Assembly: GCF_963921235.1 (NCBI RefSeq)
Contig: NC_086108.1
Location: 64,358,001-64,422,000, forward strand
Direction: 5' to 3'
Length of the DNA: 64,000 bases
Source of the DNA: Mobula hypostoma
Lineage: Eukaryota
Positions 24,947-36,861 of the stretch are shown here, in pieces. Below the pieces are notes generated by a model that worked only from the letters and a program-made list of their open reading frames with translations, did no database searches and was not told the origin of the DNA. The stretch's first letter is position 1. Each line of letters begins with the position of its first letter. The translations under genes and the position numbers were made by a program.

Positions 24947-27930
24947 TAGAAACATAGAAAACCTACAGCACAATACAGGCCCTTAGGTCCACAATGCTGT
25001 GCTGAACATGTCCTTACTTTAGAAATTACCTCGGGTTATCCATATCCCTCTGTTTTTCTAAGCTCAATGTTCCTATCCAGGAGTCTCTTAAAAGACCCTA
25101 TCATATCCGCCTCCACCACCATCACCGGCAGCCCATTTCATGCACTCACTACTCTCTGCATAAAAAACTTACCCCTGAAATATTCTTTGTACTTACTTCC
25201 AAGCACCTTAAAACTGTGCCTTCTTATGTTAGCCATTTCTGCCCTGGGAAAAAGCCTCTGACTTTCCACATGATCAATGCCTCTCATTATCTTATCCACC
25301 TCTGTCAGGTCACCTCTCATCCTCTGTCGCTCCAAGAAAAAAAGGCCAAGTTCACTCACCCTATTCTCATAAAGCATGCTCCCCAATCTAGGCAACATCC
25401 TTGTAAATCTGTTCTGCACCCTTTCTATAGTTCCCACATCCTTCCTGAGCACAGTACTCCAAGTGGGGTCTGACCAGGATCCTATATAACTGCAACATTA
25501 CCTCTCAGCTCTTAAATTCAATCCCATGGTTGATGAAGGCCAATGTACCATATGCCTTCTTAACCATAGAGTCAACATGCACAGCGACTTTGAGAGTCCT
25601 ATGGACTCGGACCCCAAAATCCCTCTGATCCACCACACTGCCAAGAGTCTTACCATCAATACTATATTCTGCCATCATATTTGACCTACCAAAATGAACC
25701 ACCTCACACTTATCTGGGTTGAACTCCATCTGCCACTTCTCAGCCCAGTTTTGCATCCTATCGATGTCCTGCTGTAATCTCTGGCAGCTGTCCACACTAT
25801 CCACAACACCCCCAACCTTTGTGTCAATAGCAAATTTACTAACCCATCCCTCCACTTCCTCATCCAAGTCATTTGTAAAAATCATGAAGAGAAGGGGTCC
25901 CAGAAAAGATCTCTGAGGCTCACCACTGGTCACCGACCTCCATGCAGAATATGACCTGTCTACAACCACGCTTTGCCTTCTGTGGGCAAGCCAGTTCTGG
26001 ATTCACAAAGCAAGGTTCCATTGGATCCCATGCCTCCTTACTTTATCAAATGCCTCGCTGAAATCCATATACACTACATCTACTGCTCTACCTTCATCAA
26101 CGTGTTTAGTCACAGCCACAAAAAATTCAACCAGGCTTGTAAGGCATGACCTGCCTTTGACAAAGCCATGCTGCCTATTCAAAATCATATTATACCTCTC
26201 CAAATGTTCATAAATCCTACCTCTCAGGATCTTTTCCATCAAATGACCAACCACTGAAGTAAGACTCATTGTTCTATATTTTCCTGGGCTATCTCTACTC
26301 CTTTTCTTAAATAAGGGAACAACATCTGCAAACCTCCAATTCACTGGAACCTCTCTGGTCCTCATTGATGATGCAAAGGCTCGGCGATCTCCTCCCTCGC
26401 CTCCCACAGTAGCCAGGGGTACATCTCATCCGGTCCCGGAGACTTATTCAACTTGATGCTTTCCATAAACTCCAGCACATCCTCTTTCTTAATATCTACA
26501 TGCTCAAGCTTTTCAGTCCATTGTAAGTCATCACTACAATCGCCAAGATCCTTTTCCGTAGTGAATACTGAAGCAAGGTACTCACTAAGTACCGCTGATA
26601 TCTCCACCAGTACCATACGCACTTTTCCACTGTAACACTTGAGTGGTCCTATTCTCTCCAGGCTTATCCTCTTGCTCTTCGCATACTTTTAGAATGCCTT
26701 GGGGTTTTCTTTAACCTGCTCGCCAAGGCCTTCTCATGGCCCCTTCTGGTTCTCTTAATTTCATTCTTAAGCTCCTTCCTGTTAGCCCTATAATCTTCTA
26801 GATTTCTATCATTACCTAGTTTTTTTAACCTTTCATAAGGTCTTCTTTTCTTCTTGACTAGATTTACAACTGCCTTTGTACACCACGGTTCCTGTACCCT
26901 ACCATCCCTTCCCTGTCTCATTGGAATGTACCTATGCAGAACCCCACGCAAATATCACCTGAACATTTGTCACATTTCTTCCGTACATTTCTCTGAGAAC
27001 ATCTGTTTCCAATTTATGCTCCAAGTTCCTGCCTGATAGCTTCATATTTCCCCTTACTTGAATTAAACGCTTTCCTAACTTGTCTGTTCCTATCCCTCTC
27101 CAATGCTATGGTCAAGGAGATAGAATTGTGATCACTGTCTCCAGAATGCTCTCCCACTGAGAGACCTGACACCTGACCAGGTTCATTTCCCAAAACCAGA
27201 TCAAGTACAGCCTCTCCTCTTGTAGGCTGATTTACATATTGTGTCAGGAAACCTTCCTGAACACACCTAACAAACTCCACCCCTTCTAAACTCCTTGCTC
27301 TAGGGAGATACCAATCGATATTTGGGAAATTAAAATCTCCCACCATAACAACCCTGTTATTATTAAACCTTTCCAGAATCTGTCTCCCTATCTGCTCCTT
27401 GATGTCCCTGTTACTATTGGGTGGTCTATAAAAAACACCCAGTAGAGTTATTGACACCTTCCTGTTGTTAACTTCCATCCACAAAGTCTCAGTAGGCAAT
27501 CCTTCCAAGACTTCCTCCTTTTCTGCAGCCGTGACACTATCTCTGATCGACTGTGCCACGCCCCCACCTCTTTAGCCTCCCTCCCTGTCCTTTCTGAAAC
27601 ATCTAAAGCTTGGCGCTCTGAGAAACCATTCCTGCCCCTGAGCCATCCAAGTCTTTGTAATGGCCACAACATCATAGTTGCAAGTACTGATTCGTGCTCT
27701 AAGTTCACCCACTCTGTTCATGGTGCTTCTTGCATTAAAATAGACACATCTCAAACCACCAGTCTGAACATATTCCTTCTCAATCACCTGCCTATCCCCC
27801 CCCCTCGCACCGTCTCCAAGCTTTCTCTATTTGTGAGCTAACTGCCCCTTCTTCCGTCTCTTCAGTTCGGTTCCCACCCCCCAGGAATTCTAGTTTAAAC
27901 TCTCCCCAACAGCCTTAGCAAATCCCCCAA
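24947..27930 (-). mobile_element. CR1 (HER1-like) LINE, nearly complete ORF2, degenerate
   Basis: APE (YFNARS, GDFNFP, SDH), RT (KSPGPD, QHGFVKGRSC, MDFSEAFDKV, KFAIDTK) and FFMQRVV, with frameshifts and stops. Confidence 0.93.
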
Positions 27931-28166
27931 ATAGCCTTATTATAAACATTATGAAACTATCATCGCTGTGCTCTGAATATCGCTCCTCTGACACTTCGCT
28001 CCACTTGTCATACTGCATTCCCGAACACCAACTCTTAATATTTTTCCTCGATGAGGCAGAAGTATACTGGTCAAGAGATTTCTTGGTCAGAAATTCTCTT
28101 ACTCCTTATGTTATTACTTACCCAGTCTGTATCAGCAGAGATGAAATCCCCTGTTATACTCTATAG

Positions 28167-28241
28167 AAGAGTTCCCCAACCTTTTTTATGGACCAATACT
28201 ATTAAGCAAGGGGTCCATGGACCTCAGGTAGGAAACCACTG
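28167..28241. mobile_element. Tiny degenerate hAT/Charlie-like MITE
   Basis: Ends gagttccccaacc...ggtaggaaaccactg. The 8-bp flanks ctctatag and ccctattg match at 6 of 8 positions. Confidence 0.45.
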
Positions 28242-29462
28242 CCCTATTGCTTTTACACATCCATGTAATTCCCATGCATTTATTTTTCTAGATCTTTCCC
28301 CCTCACTGAATGCCTACAGCAACTGCAGTTGCATAAAGACATCTCTTTTGCTTCTTAAGTGTCTGAATAAATACATCACAACTGCTCTAGGACACCCTTC
28401 CTTCCAATATCATAATATTTTCAATGTTGTCCCCTAGCACCCTGCTACCCTCCTTTCTTTCCATTTCCTGCCTGTCTGCTTCTCCCTGATCTCTTTCTTT
28501 CTCCTTTCTCCAAGGTTGCCACAGTGTACTAATCCCCAATGGCTCATAGCACTTGCAGCTCTCCAAATGTGTCCTTCTTACACGGTCTCAGGTGGCAAGG
28601 GGTTAAAGTTACATGCCAGAAACTATAACACTCAATTGAATCTGAGTTTGGAGGCTCCCAGCTGTTGCAGATGCTATTATCTAAAATAAGAAATCTCAGA
28701 GAAACATAACTGAGAACAAGTCTTTATTCAAATATTGTTCTTATCAATATTTATTGCTTGTTCAACCAGCACCATTAAAGCAAATTAACTGATCGATCTT
28801 ACATTACCATTCATAGATGCTTTCAGTAAAGGTACTTCTTGCAATACAAATGTGGCTGCACTTCACTGGCCATAAAATGTTGTGAATCCTGAAGTTGTGA
28901 AAACATTCTTTTTTCTCAACACTTCTTTCTCCATTCACTGTATAATCTTGCAGCACAACAGAAAGGTTCAGATAAGCAGAGGTGAGGCAAAACTAGATTT
29001 AGGCACGTGCTAGTGGCCCTGATTCAAAAGGTCTGCCTTCCAGATTTGCATCATACAATGCCGAACAAGCCTTCTGCTGATCCACAACTCCCACCACCAT
29101 GAATCAGTACTCTTTCATGATAAATCAGCTGGTGGGAAACTGAGGCAAGCAGGATCACACTGCATTCTGCTCGGGCAGTTTCACTATTCACCACGAACTG
29201 AAGCCTCCAATGACCAAAATAAAAATTCAAACCACAGAGTAGTGTTGTCAAAGTAGAGTTTAGGTGTGAATTAGTGTGCCAATGTTGACGTGGGGCCATA
29301 TTTCATGGTATGATGAGCATTCCCCTTTCAGCTCAAATTAGTTGCCTAGTATGGAATATAAATGGGAGTAAAACTTTAAGCTGCATTGCAATGAGAATGG
29401 ATAATAGTTCAGTAACATACAACACCACAATTGTCATTTTTACAATTAATTTCTTCTACTAG

Positions 29463-29560
29463 GTTTCTACTTTCAATTTAGCACAGTAAAGTTTGATACT
29501 AGAACCTCTCGGATACTTAGGCTACATACAGTAAATGATATTCTTTGGGTCTCTGGCTAG
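29463..29560 (+). pseudogene. Possible decayed last exon of an MMP (hemopexin repeat 4)
   Basis: Acceptor ttcttctactag, then phase-1 (G)FYFQFSTVKFDTRTSRILRLHTVNDILWVSG*. By recall this resembles the MMP1 end (GFFYFF..YKFDPKTKRILTL..N) and the MMP13 end (NSILWC). The terminal Cys is absent. Confidence 0.35.
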
Positions 29561-32500
29561 AACTTGGTAAGCTGCTGGAAAGAAATCACTGTTCTTGCAA
29601 ATAATATGTGCCCTACTTACATGACTCACAATCTGGTAGCTGTTTAATGACTGATCTCAGGCTCATACACTGCAAGAAGTGACCCTTCAGTCCGAAATGT
29701 AAAATTATTCAATTGATTTGATTAGAGCTTTCCAAGAAATTCATGAAAGCATGGTATACATTTTTTTCAGCTATTGTTCCAATGAGTTTGATAAATTGTT
29801 ATCTTTTATATGAAAAGGCAAACATAGGTTTGAAAGGCAGAATTAAACCTTGAAACACTTCTGGTGTCTGGTTTGGTAAGTGCAACAAAATAACCAAAAA
29901 TAACCTTAAGCTCGAATGTTTACTGCTAAAATTGGGTGGTTAGTCCTACACCACAGGAAGGTTCTTTCTTCTCTACCACAGTCCTACCCTCAACCCATGC
30001 AAAGAGACTAAGAAAAATCACTGTTGAGTTTAGCTGCTGGAGTGGGGTTCTGGCTTTCAGATGCTGAGGCAGGATGGCTAATCTGAGCAAAAGGCTCATT
30101 CTATTCAGAGTTAAATAAAAATACAGCACATTTTCTGTGAATACCTGATGTAATTTTAAAACTCTGCTTGATGGATGAACAAAAACATTGACTTTCAGAT
30201 GGAAATTTCTCTGTTTATGATCACCTGCTGAGGTCGCTGTATAGCCAAATGTATTTATGAAAACCCAAATGTTGATACTGATGAATTTTGAATCTGATAA
30301 AAATTCTGCCATTTTTGACTTTCTTTTGTACAGTAAGCTCCCATGAAAGAGATTAGTAATGAATTAATCAAAAGTTTGCTTCTGTTTGCAACTTTCATTC
30401 TGCAATATCAGAAGGTTGGACACAAGGTTAACTGTCGAGAGGAAAAATGGAGAAAATAAAAGAGAGGAGTGCAGCACCACATAATTGATGTGACATGGCT
30501 CAACCCACCTTATCACTGAGCCTGAAATATGTTTGCTGCATGTGCAATAATGCATCTCAGTTTAGTAGCTGAACACATTACAGAGTCAGTTAAAAAAAAA
30601 GTGTCAAAGCTCTGATGGTAGTGTTATTGCCAAAATAGCTGACTCGCAGGAATAACAAGCAGGCTGTTTAATGGAATGCATTAAACTTAATAAATCTGTG
30701 AGCTAGGAAATTGGGTAAAAGGACAATTTTCTGATTTGCTGGCCTATAATAACTGGCTCCTCAAGTTAAAGTTTCCCTTTTCTTAAGCATTAACTTTCAA
30801 AATGTGCTTTTCTCTTCTTTTATGTAACATCTGTAAAAGCAATTTTCTGTAAATTTATGGGAAGCATAATAAAGTAGATGGGTCTGCTGGGCATTTTTAA
30901 AATTATTGCCTTTTTCTGAACTAAGCCAAGGATTTGACTTTGTTTTGATTTTGCAGATGAAATGTTCCCAAAACATCAATAAATTAATATTGAAATCTGA
31001 ATAAAATAAGCCTTCCTTGAATTTCCATAACCTTTTAACTGTTTGTGATATTAATCAGAAGTATCATTAATTAAATATCCAGAGAGGTCTTCCGCTGGCT
31101 GTAAAAAACAGATGCCAGAGGAGCTCACCAGGTCAAGCAACATTTGTGGAAGCAAAGCACAGTTGAAATTTTGGTTCCAGAAATTTTGGCAAACCATCCC
31201 TTTGCCTCCACAGATGCTGCTCGACCTGCTGAGTTCCTCTAGGGGTTTGTTTTCACACTCTCTATTCCAGCATTTGCAGACTCTTTCATCTCCATCATAC
31301 TGCTCTTTGCCAAAGTCTCTCTGTCAAAGAAAATTTACCTTTGAGGATGTGGGTAGAAAGGTCCAGTCATGCAAGGTAATGTTGTAATCAGAGCACAGGC
31401 CAGCCAATAATTATAATTAGTCCTCAGATCTGTTTGGGTGCTAACCATTTGCAAGGCTGCCTTTTGTGATGTCGGCGGATTTCTGAAACCCTGGGAGATA
31501 TTAATCCAGAACTCAATATCAATATATTGCTGACAGAAAAGATAGATACCTATACTCAACTAAACACAAATATGGAGACAAAGAGACTGTGAATACTGGA
31601 TGAACTCAGTGGGTCAGGTAACATCTGTCATTGGAGGAGGATGAAGAATTGTCAATATTTCTGATAACTCAATCCTGATGCAGGGTTTGGAGCCAAAACG
31701 TTAACCATTCCTTTTCCCTCACGGGTGCTGCTTGACCTTTTGTTGTTGAATACAAAGTATGACTGGCATAAGGTGACCAATATAAGAAAGATAGATGAAT
31801 ATATGTTCTTCTTGTGGGGTAAACCAGAAGAGAAATGCTATCTTTATGAAGTGAGACTTGCCATCAAGGAAGAGCCAAGTCTGGCATCTCTGTCAAATCC
31901 CTCTGTGGAACTAGTGAAAACATTATGACCTGGTTCACTCTGGCACAGGCATCACAAACTAAACACCTGCATCTGTGGAGGAGTCTGCAGATCCAGGAAG
32001 AAAACAAAGATTATTCAGGTTGAAAATGGCAGTACCCATGCGCTGATGCAAGAGGATGGGGCTCCTGCCAGCTCTGCAGACTGTTTTGATGCTTCAATAT
32101 CTTTCGGAATTGACCATGGTTGAACCCACATCAATCACTATATTTTTCGTAATCAGGATAAATGCAATGCTGTCAAAGAGACATTTGTCACTCTTTTTAG
32201 TCATCTGAAAATGCAGATATGGGGTTCCTCCTTGAGTGTTGATGATACACATATCCTTTATTGGTGCTAGCCATGATAAAAGGACATTTGTGTATATCAG
32301 GTTGGGTTTGATTAAGAACCTGGAGATGATGCTTTGTGACCATGGTTTTAGTAACCTTCTCTGTTGAGGAAGCAAAGTGTAAGCCAGGGAGGTGTTGTTG
32401 GTATTAGCTTTATGAATTGCTGCAATGTGTTCTAAAGATAATGCATGACATAGCCAGACTGCGTTGGTGGTGGAGAGATAGATTCAACATCTCTTCTTAA

Positions 32501-32774
32501 TATATAGTGGGAGATAAGGTGATTTATTAAACTAAAGAACATAGAGGGAAAGACAACATTTCTTCTGTGTACCTACTCCTGAAGACAAATGGGTAACTTC
32601 AGCACGAAGAGATGTTCTGGACACTTCTCCCTAAATGTGGCTGTAACATATACTTAGGTCATTTATTCATGTGCTATAATCCACTTGATATTACATAACC
32701 ACAAATGCTACAAGTTACTAAATTCATTATGATACCTATCAATACCTGACAGAAGGATATTAGAACATAGGAGC

Positions 32775-33012
32775 AGGAATTCAGCACTAGAATATAAAAG
32801 CAAGGATATAATGCTGAGGCTTTATAAAATAGTTGGAGTATTGTGAGTAGTTTTGGGCCCCTTATTTAAGAAAAGATGTGCTGACATTGGAGAGGGTTCA
32901 GAGGAGGTTCACAAGAATGATTGCAGGAATGAAAGGCTTATCGTATGAGGAGCCATGATGAAATGGCAGATCAGACTCAAGGGGCCAAATGGACTAGTCG
33001 CTCCTGTCTTAT
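32775..33012 (+). mobile_element. CR1 3' fragment
   Basis: Encodes EYKSKDIMLRLYK..LEYCE.FWAPYLRKDVLTLERVQRRF, joined to the 3' UTR. Confidence 0.8.
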
Positions 33013-33014
33013 AG

Positions 33015-34986
33015 GCTGCCCAGCTCCACAAGCCTACCCCATTATTCTAGATGATCATGTCTGATCTCGCCAGTCCTCATCACCTCTTCTATGCCAGCCA
33101 CCAGCAGACCTTGCCAAACACTTGCACCTCAAAGTTGTGCCTTGGTCACTGTGGAGTTCCTCAGGGGTGCTGAAATGGCAGAGGAACTCCTCCACAAGTC
33201 TCTCAGTGATGATGGTAGCGCTCTGGTCTGGGACTGCATATGCCTCCGGCCACTACATGAAGTAGTCTATGGCTATGAGAATGCAGCGGTTCCTGGCGTT
33301 GGTGGGGGGAAGGGGCCCAGGATGTCTAACCGTACACACTCCACTGGGGCCCCCATCAGTACCGCTGCACTGTGGTGGGATGTTGTGAGACCGGTGGTGG
33401 CTGTTGCTGAGCACCCCCACCCCCCCACCCCCAGTCTGCTTCCTGGAGCTGCCCTGCCGGAGAGCCATGGCTTCAGTGACAAGGCGGAGTGTTGCCCCCA
33501 CCCACCCACACCCACACAGGCCTCCCAGCAGGTCCAGGCCAATGATGCAGAAATCCCGGATGTCAGCAAGCTACACCTCGTGCTCCACTGTGTTTATCCC
33601 CACCGTGGTGTGCAGCCTCTCGTGGCCACACAGTTGCCGGGGACTGTCGCCAGCTGGACTGTTGTCGTTGTCCACCCCAGCAGGGATGGCAGGTCCGTGT
33701 TGAGGAGGACACCTGGGTGGATGATGGTGATGGTTGACCCCATGCCCACCAACACACAGCATCTGATGCCCTCTACCACACAGTCCATGTGTAAGCTTTG
33801 CTCTTCCCCCCACCTGGTCCGTCTGGAGAAGCGACAATGGAAGGATTCTGCTGGAGGCCTTGGGCAGCGCTGCCCGCTCGATGTTTACTGATGGGAGTGC
33901 TGGGATATGGTGTGGCACTGGTGCGGGGCAGTTCCGGACCACATGGCCTGCCTTGCAACGCCGGTAGCAGAGATCGCTTCATGGCACACGGCGGTGCTGA
34001 CGCGGTGCTATTCGGAGCTGTCTCATGGACTCCTCCGGTCAGGCTCCTCTTCCACTTTGGTGACACAAGCCCTGGTTCATGGGCTTGGGTGACACTGGAA
34101 CACCTTGGGGGTTAAAATTGTTTCTGCCCTCTCTGTTTCTGCCAGCACCTCGGCCAGCGATGATGGTGATGTCAGGCAAATGTGCTGCCGAAGGCGCTCT
34201 GGCATCAGCGCTTTTACAAAGCGTGGAGGGAAAGCACTTCCTGGTCCACGGGAGGGAACTGGTGGTGGTCGTGCCAAGAACAGAGACGGAGATATGCTAA
34301 GAACACTCCCAGGCTTTCTCCCACATGATGTCGTCTGCTACCCAGTTCTTCCCTCAAGACTTCCTCCAAAGGCCCCTCTGCTCAAAACGCCACATCAGCA
34401 TCACTACGTGGACCCTGTAGTCACACTGCTCAGCCAGCGATAGGTCGAGGAGGGCCCACAGGGCATCCTCTCCAGCACCTGGGCAAAGTGCACCGCTGTC
34501 TCGGTGGGGTTCTACCCATTGTACCATGCGGCAATTTTGACCTGCACCAAGTAAGGCTCCAGGTAGTCAGTACCATTGTATCTGGGAAGCTTCAGGGTGG
34601 ACCTTATGGCATTAATTTGTGGGGCACATTGGTCCGTCTCTTTCTCCCGCGGTGTTGGTAGTGCCTGCCACATTGCTCGTCCTCCCATGGCTGCGTTGAC
34701 TTGGGTTTCCCAGCCCAGGCTGCAAACAAGGTGGTCCACCGTGTCCCCTGGGTTGGGGAGCCTGGGTATGTTCACCCCATCAGGGTTTCCTGGGAAGGCA
34801 AGGTGCTCAGTTCCCAGGCTCTATTTCCAGGTCAGTGCCCCATTTTCGGGAGCCTGGCCCAAGAGGAGTGCAGGGGAGGCATACCGCTCAGTCCCTTGAC
34901 TTATTCCCCGGGTCTTAAGGTGCTTCATCCAATGTCGTAGCTCTTCCATTTCGCCATCAAATTTCTAATTCCACCCCTGATATCGA
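33015..34986 (-). mobile_element. Internally deleted Gypsy element (gag-protease-integrase; RT/RNaseH missing)
   Basis: gag PRYNGTDYLEPYL; protease VLVGMGSTITII (degenerate DTG) and IIGLDLL; integrase LDILGPFP, ILIAIDYF and WPEAYAVPDQ. GC-rich relative to the flanks. Confidence 0.85.
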
Positions 34987-35289
34987 TGTGGCGAGCACTC
35001 AGTCCATGATGACAGATCAAAAAAGCTGGTTTATCACAGTTGCCATTTTTATTGCGACAAGCACAGTAACAGACAGAGTGAGAACCAGCTCAGTCACATA
35101 CGATGGGTGAGGTGATTACTACACACCTCGGTTTCATTCAGGGTGGTACACAATCACACAAGTGAGCAACTGTATAACCCCAGCTAAAATGTAACAATAA
35201 AGAAACTTGAACGTCTCACCACGATTCTACTGAACACGCACACCATGAACACATTTTAAAAACAAGAACAATAAATAGTGTTGGCCACT
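34987..35289 (-). mobile_element. Probable 5' LTR of the Gypsy element
   Basis: Ends tgtggcga...tggccact, AATAAA on the - strand near 35047-35052, and an adjacent PBS-like sequence at 34968-34986. Confidence 0.55.
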
Positions 35290-35309
35290 AGGTATGCTGG
35301 GGTGAGTTA

Positions 35310-35760
35310 TCAATTACACCCTGGAGCACCTCAATATGTTTCAATAATATTGTCCCTTATTCTTTTAAATACGAAAGAATATAGATCCAATGTCTTTAGT
35401 TGCTAGGTCAAACCTCATTCCAGAAACTAGCATACTGAATCTTCTATGGGCTGCCTCAAATGTCATTCCACCTTTTCTTAAATAAAGGAACCAAAATTGT
35501 GGACAGTACTCCAGTTGTAGGTTTAGCAGTTCCATGTACAATTGCAACAATATTTTCCAATTTTGACTCCATCTTGCAAAAAGGTTAATATGCCATTTTG
35601 CAATTTGCTTTTTTGGCCTCTTACCTGCTAATTTCTTGTGATGCAGGGAGCACCTCCATCCCTCTGCGCTTAGCTCACCTGCAATCTTTCTCCATTTAGG
35701 TCATAATCTGCCTTTAAGTTCTCTTACTGAGATATATGACCTCACATTTTCTCAAATTAA
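35310..35760 (-). mobile_element. CR1 ORF2 3' remnant
   Basis: LQLYMELLNLQLEYCPQFW motif. Confidence 0.75.
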
Positions 35761-36577
35761 ACCAAGATGATAGGGGTAATTAAGTGTTATTATGATGGCA
35801 TTCATCCAAATGAATACTTACCACATTCTTCAATTCAGATAAAAAAGAAGCTTTTAATTGAAAAGAGTTGAGATAACTTAGATTGAATATTAAGTCCCCT
35901 GGCACTGAACATATGGAAAGCAAGTGCCACCCATGAATGATACTGCATGCACATTCAGCCCCAGTAACGAAAGAAAACAATTATGATTCCATTGGACAAC
36001 TTATTGATATGACCAATTCGTGAAAATGAAGGTCAGTGGTAATCCTTAGAGGTGTTGGACACAGTTACAGTAATATGTTGAAGATTATAGTGTAAAGACT
36101 GCACTTTCTTCATGGTGCGCACCTGTAGGTTGATAATAATGATGACTGCCTGGATATTATCCTGGTCCCTTAGAATGCCTGCACGCACTAAGAGAGGATG
36201 TGAGTGGAGCTGGACATAGTGACAAACAGCAGACTTTGTCACTCTCTCTACTTCTGACAATGAATTAGTTTTAGTGCAACAGATTTCTCCAAATGAACTT
36301 CGATATTAGTCTATGTCTGAAACTGGAAAAAAAAACAAGGATTCACATCAGAACATAATACCATCAATTGAGTGAATATTGGAGGCAGAATATAATGCAC
36401 AGATACACTTAAGGGCTGTTGATTGGAATAAATTTCTGGGCAATTACTTCAGAATGAAGGTAGCATAAACTGGAGCAATCATTCAATGAAATTTAAAGAG
36501 TAGCAGTTATGATTGGCCACAATCAAATTCAATAACCGGTTTATTTTTATTTTAACATGTAAATTAATGCATTGCTT

Positions 36578-36861
36578 TGAATTGAATTGAATTGAATTGA
36601 CATTATTACTTATATCCTTCACATACATGAGCAGTAAAAATCTTTACATTACGTCCCCATCTAAATGTGCAATGTGCAATTTATAGTAATTTATAATAAA
36701 TAGTACGTATAACAATATAACATAGAAATACAGTTGTGTCAGCATGAATTAATCAGTCTGAAGGTCTGGTGGAGGAAGCTGTCGCGGAGCCTGTTGGTCC
36801 TGACTTTTAAGCTATTGTACCATTTCCCGTGCAGCTGAAACAGTTTGTGTCTGGGGTGACT
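36578..36861 (-). mobile_element. Rex-type LINE 3' end with (AATTC)n tail
   Basis: (ttgaa)n run at 36578-36600, followed by a 3' UTR and the reverse complement of a ..SFKSQDQQAPRQL-type LINE C-terminus. Confidence 0.6.

Noticed and set aside
30255..30285. atgaaaacccaaatgttga resembling an MMP cysteine switch (MKKPRCG)
   Set aside because: It needs frameshifts and a stop, is very short, and lies downstream of the putative last exon.
33091..33891. 266-aa + strand ORF
   Set aside because: It is antisense to GC-rich Gypsy protease/integrase sequence and has no independent motifs.
35821..36255. Two - strand exon-like segments with GT donors
   Set aside because: Their phases are incompatible with each other and the peptides are not recognisable.
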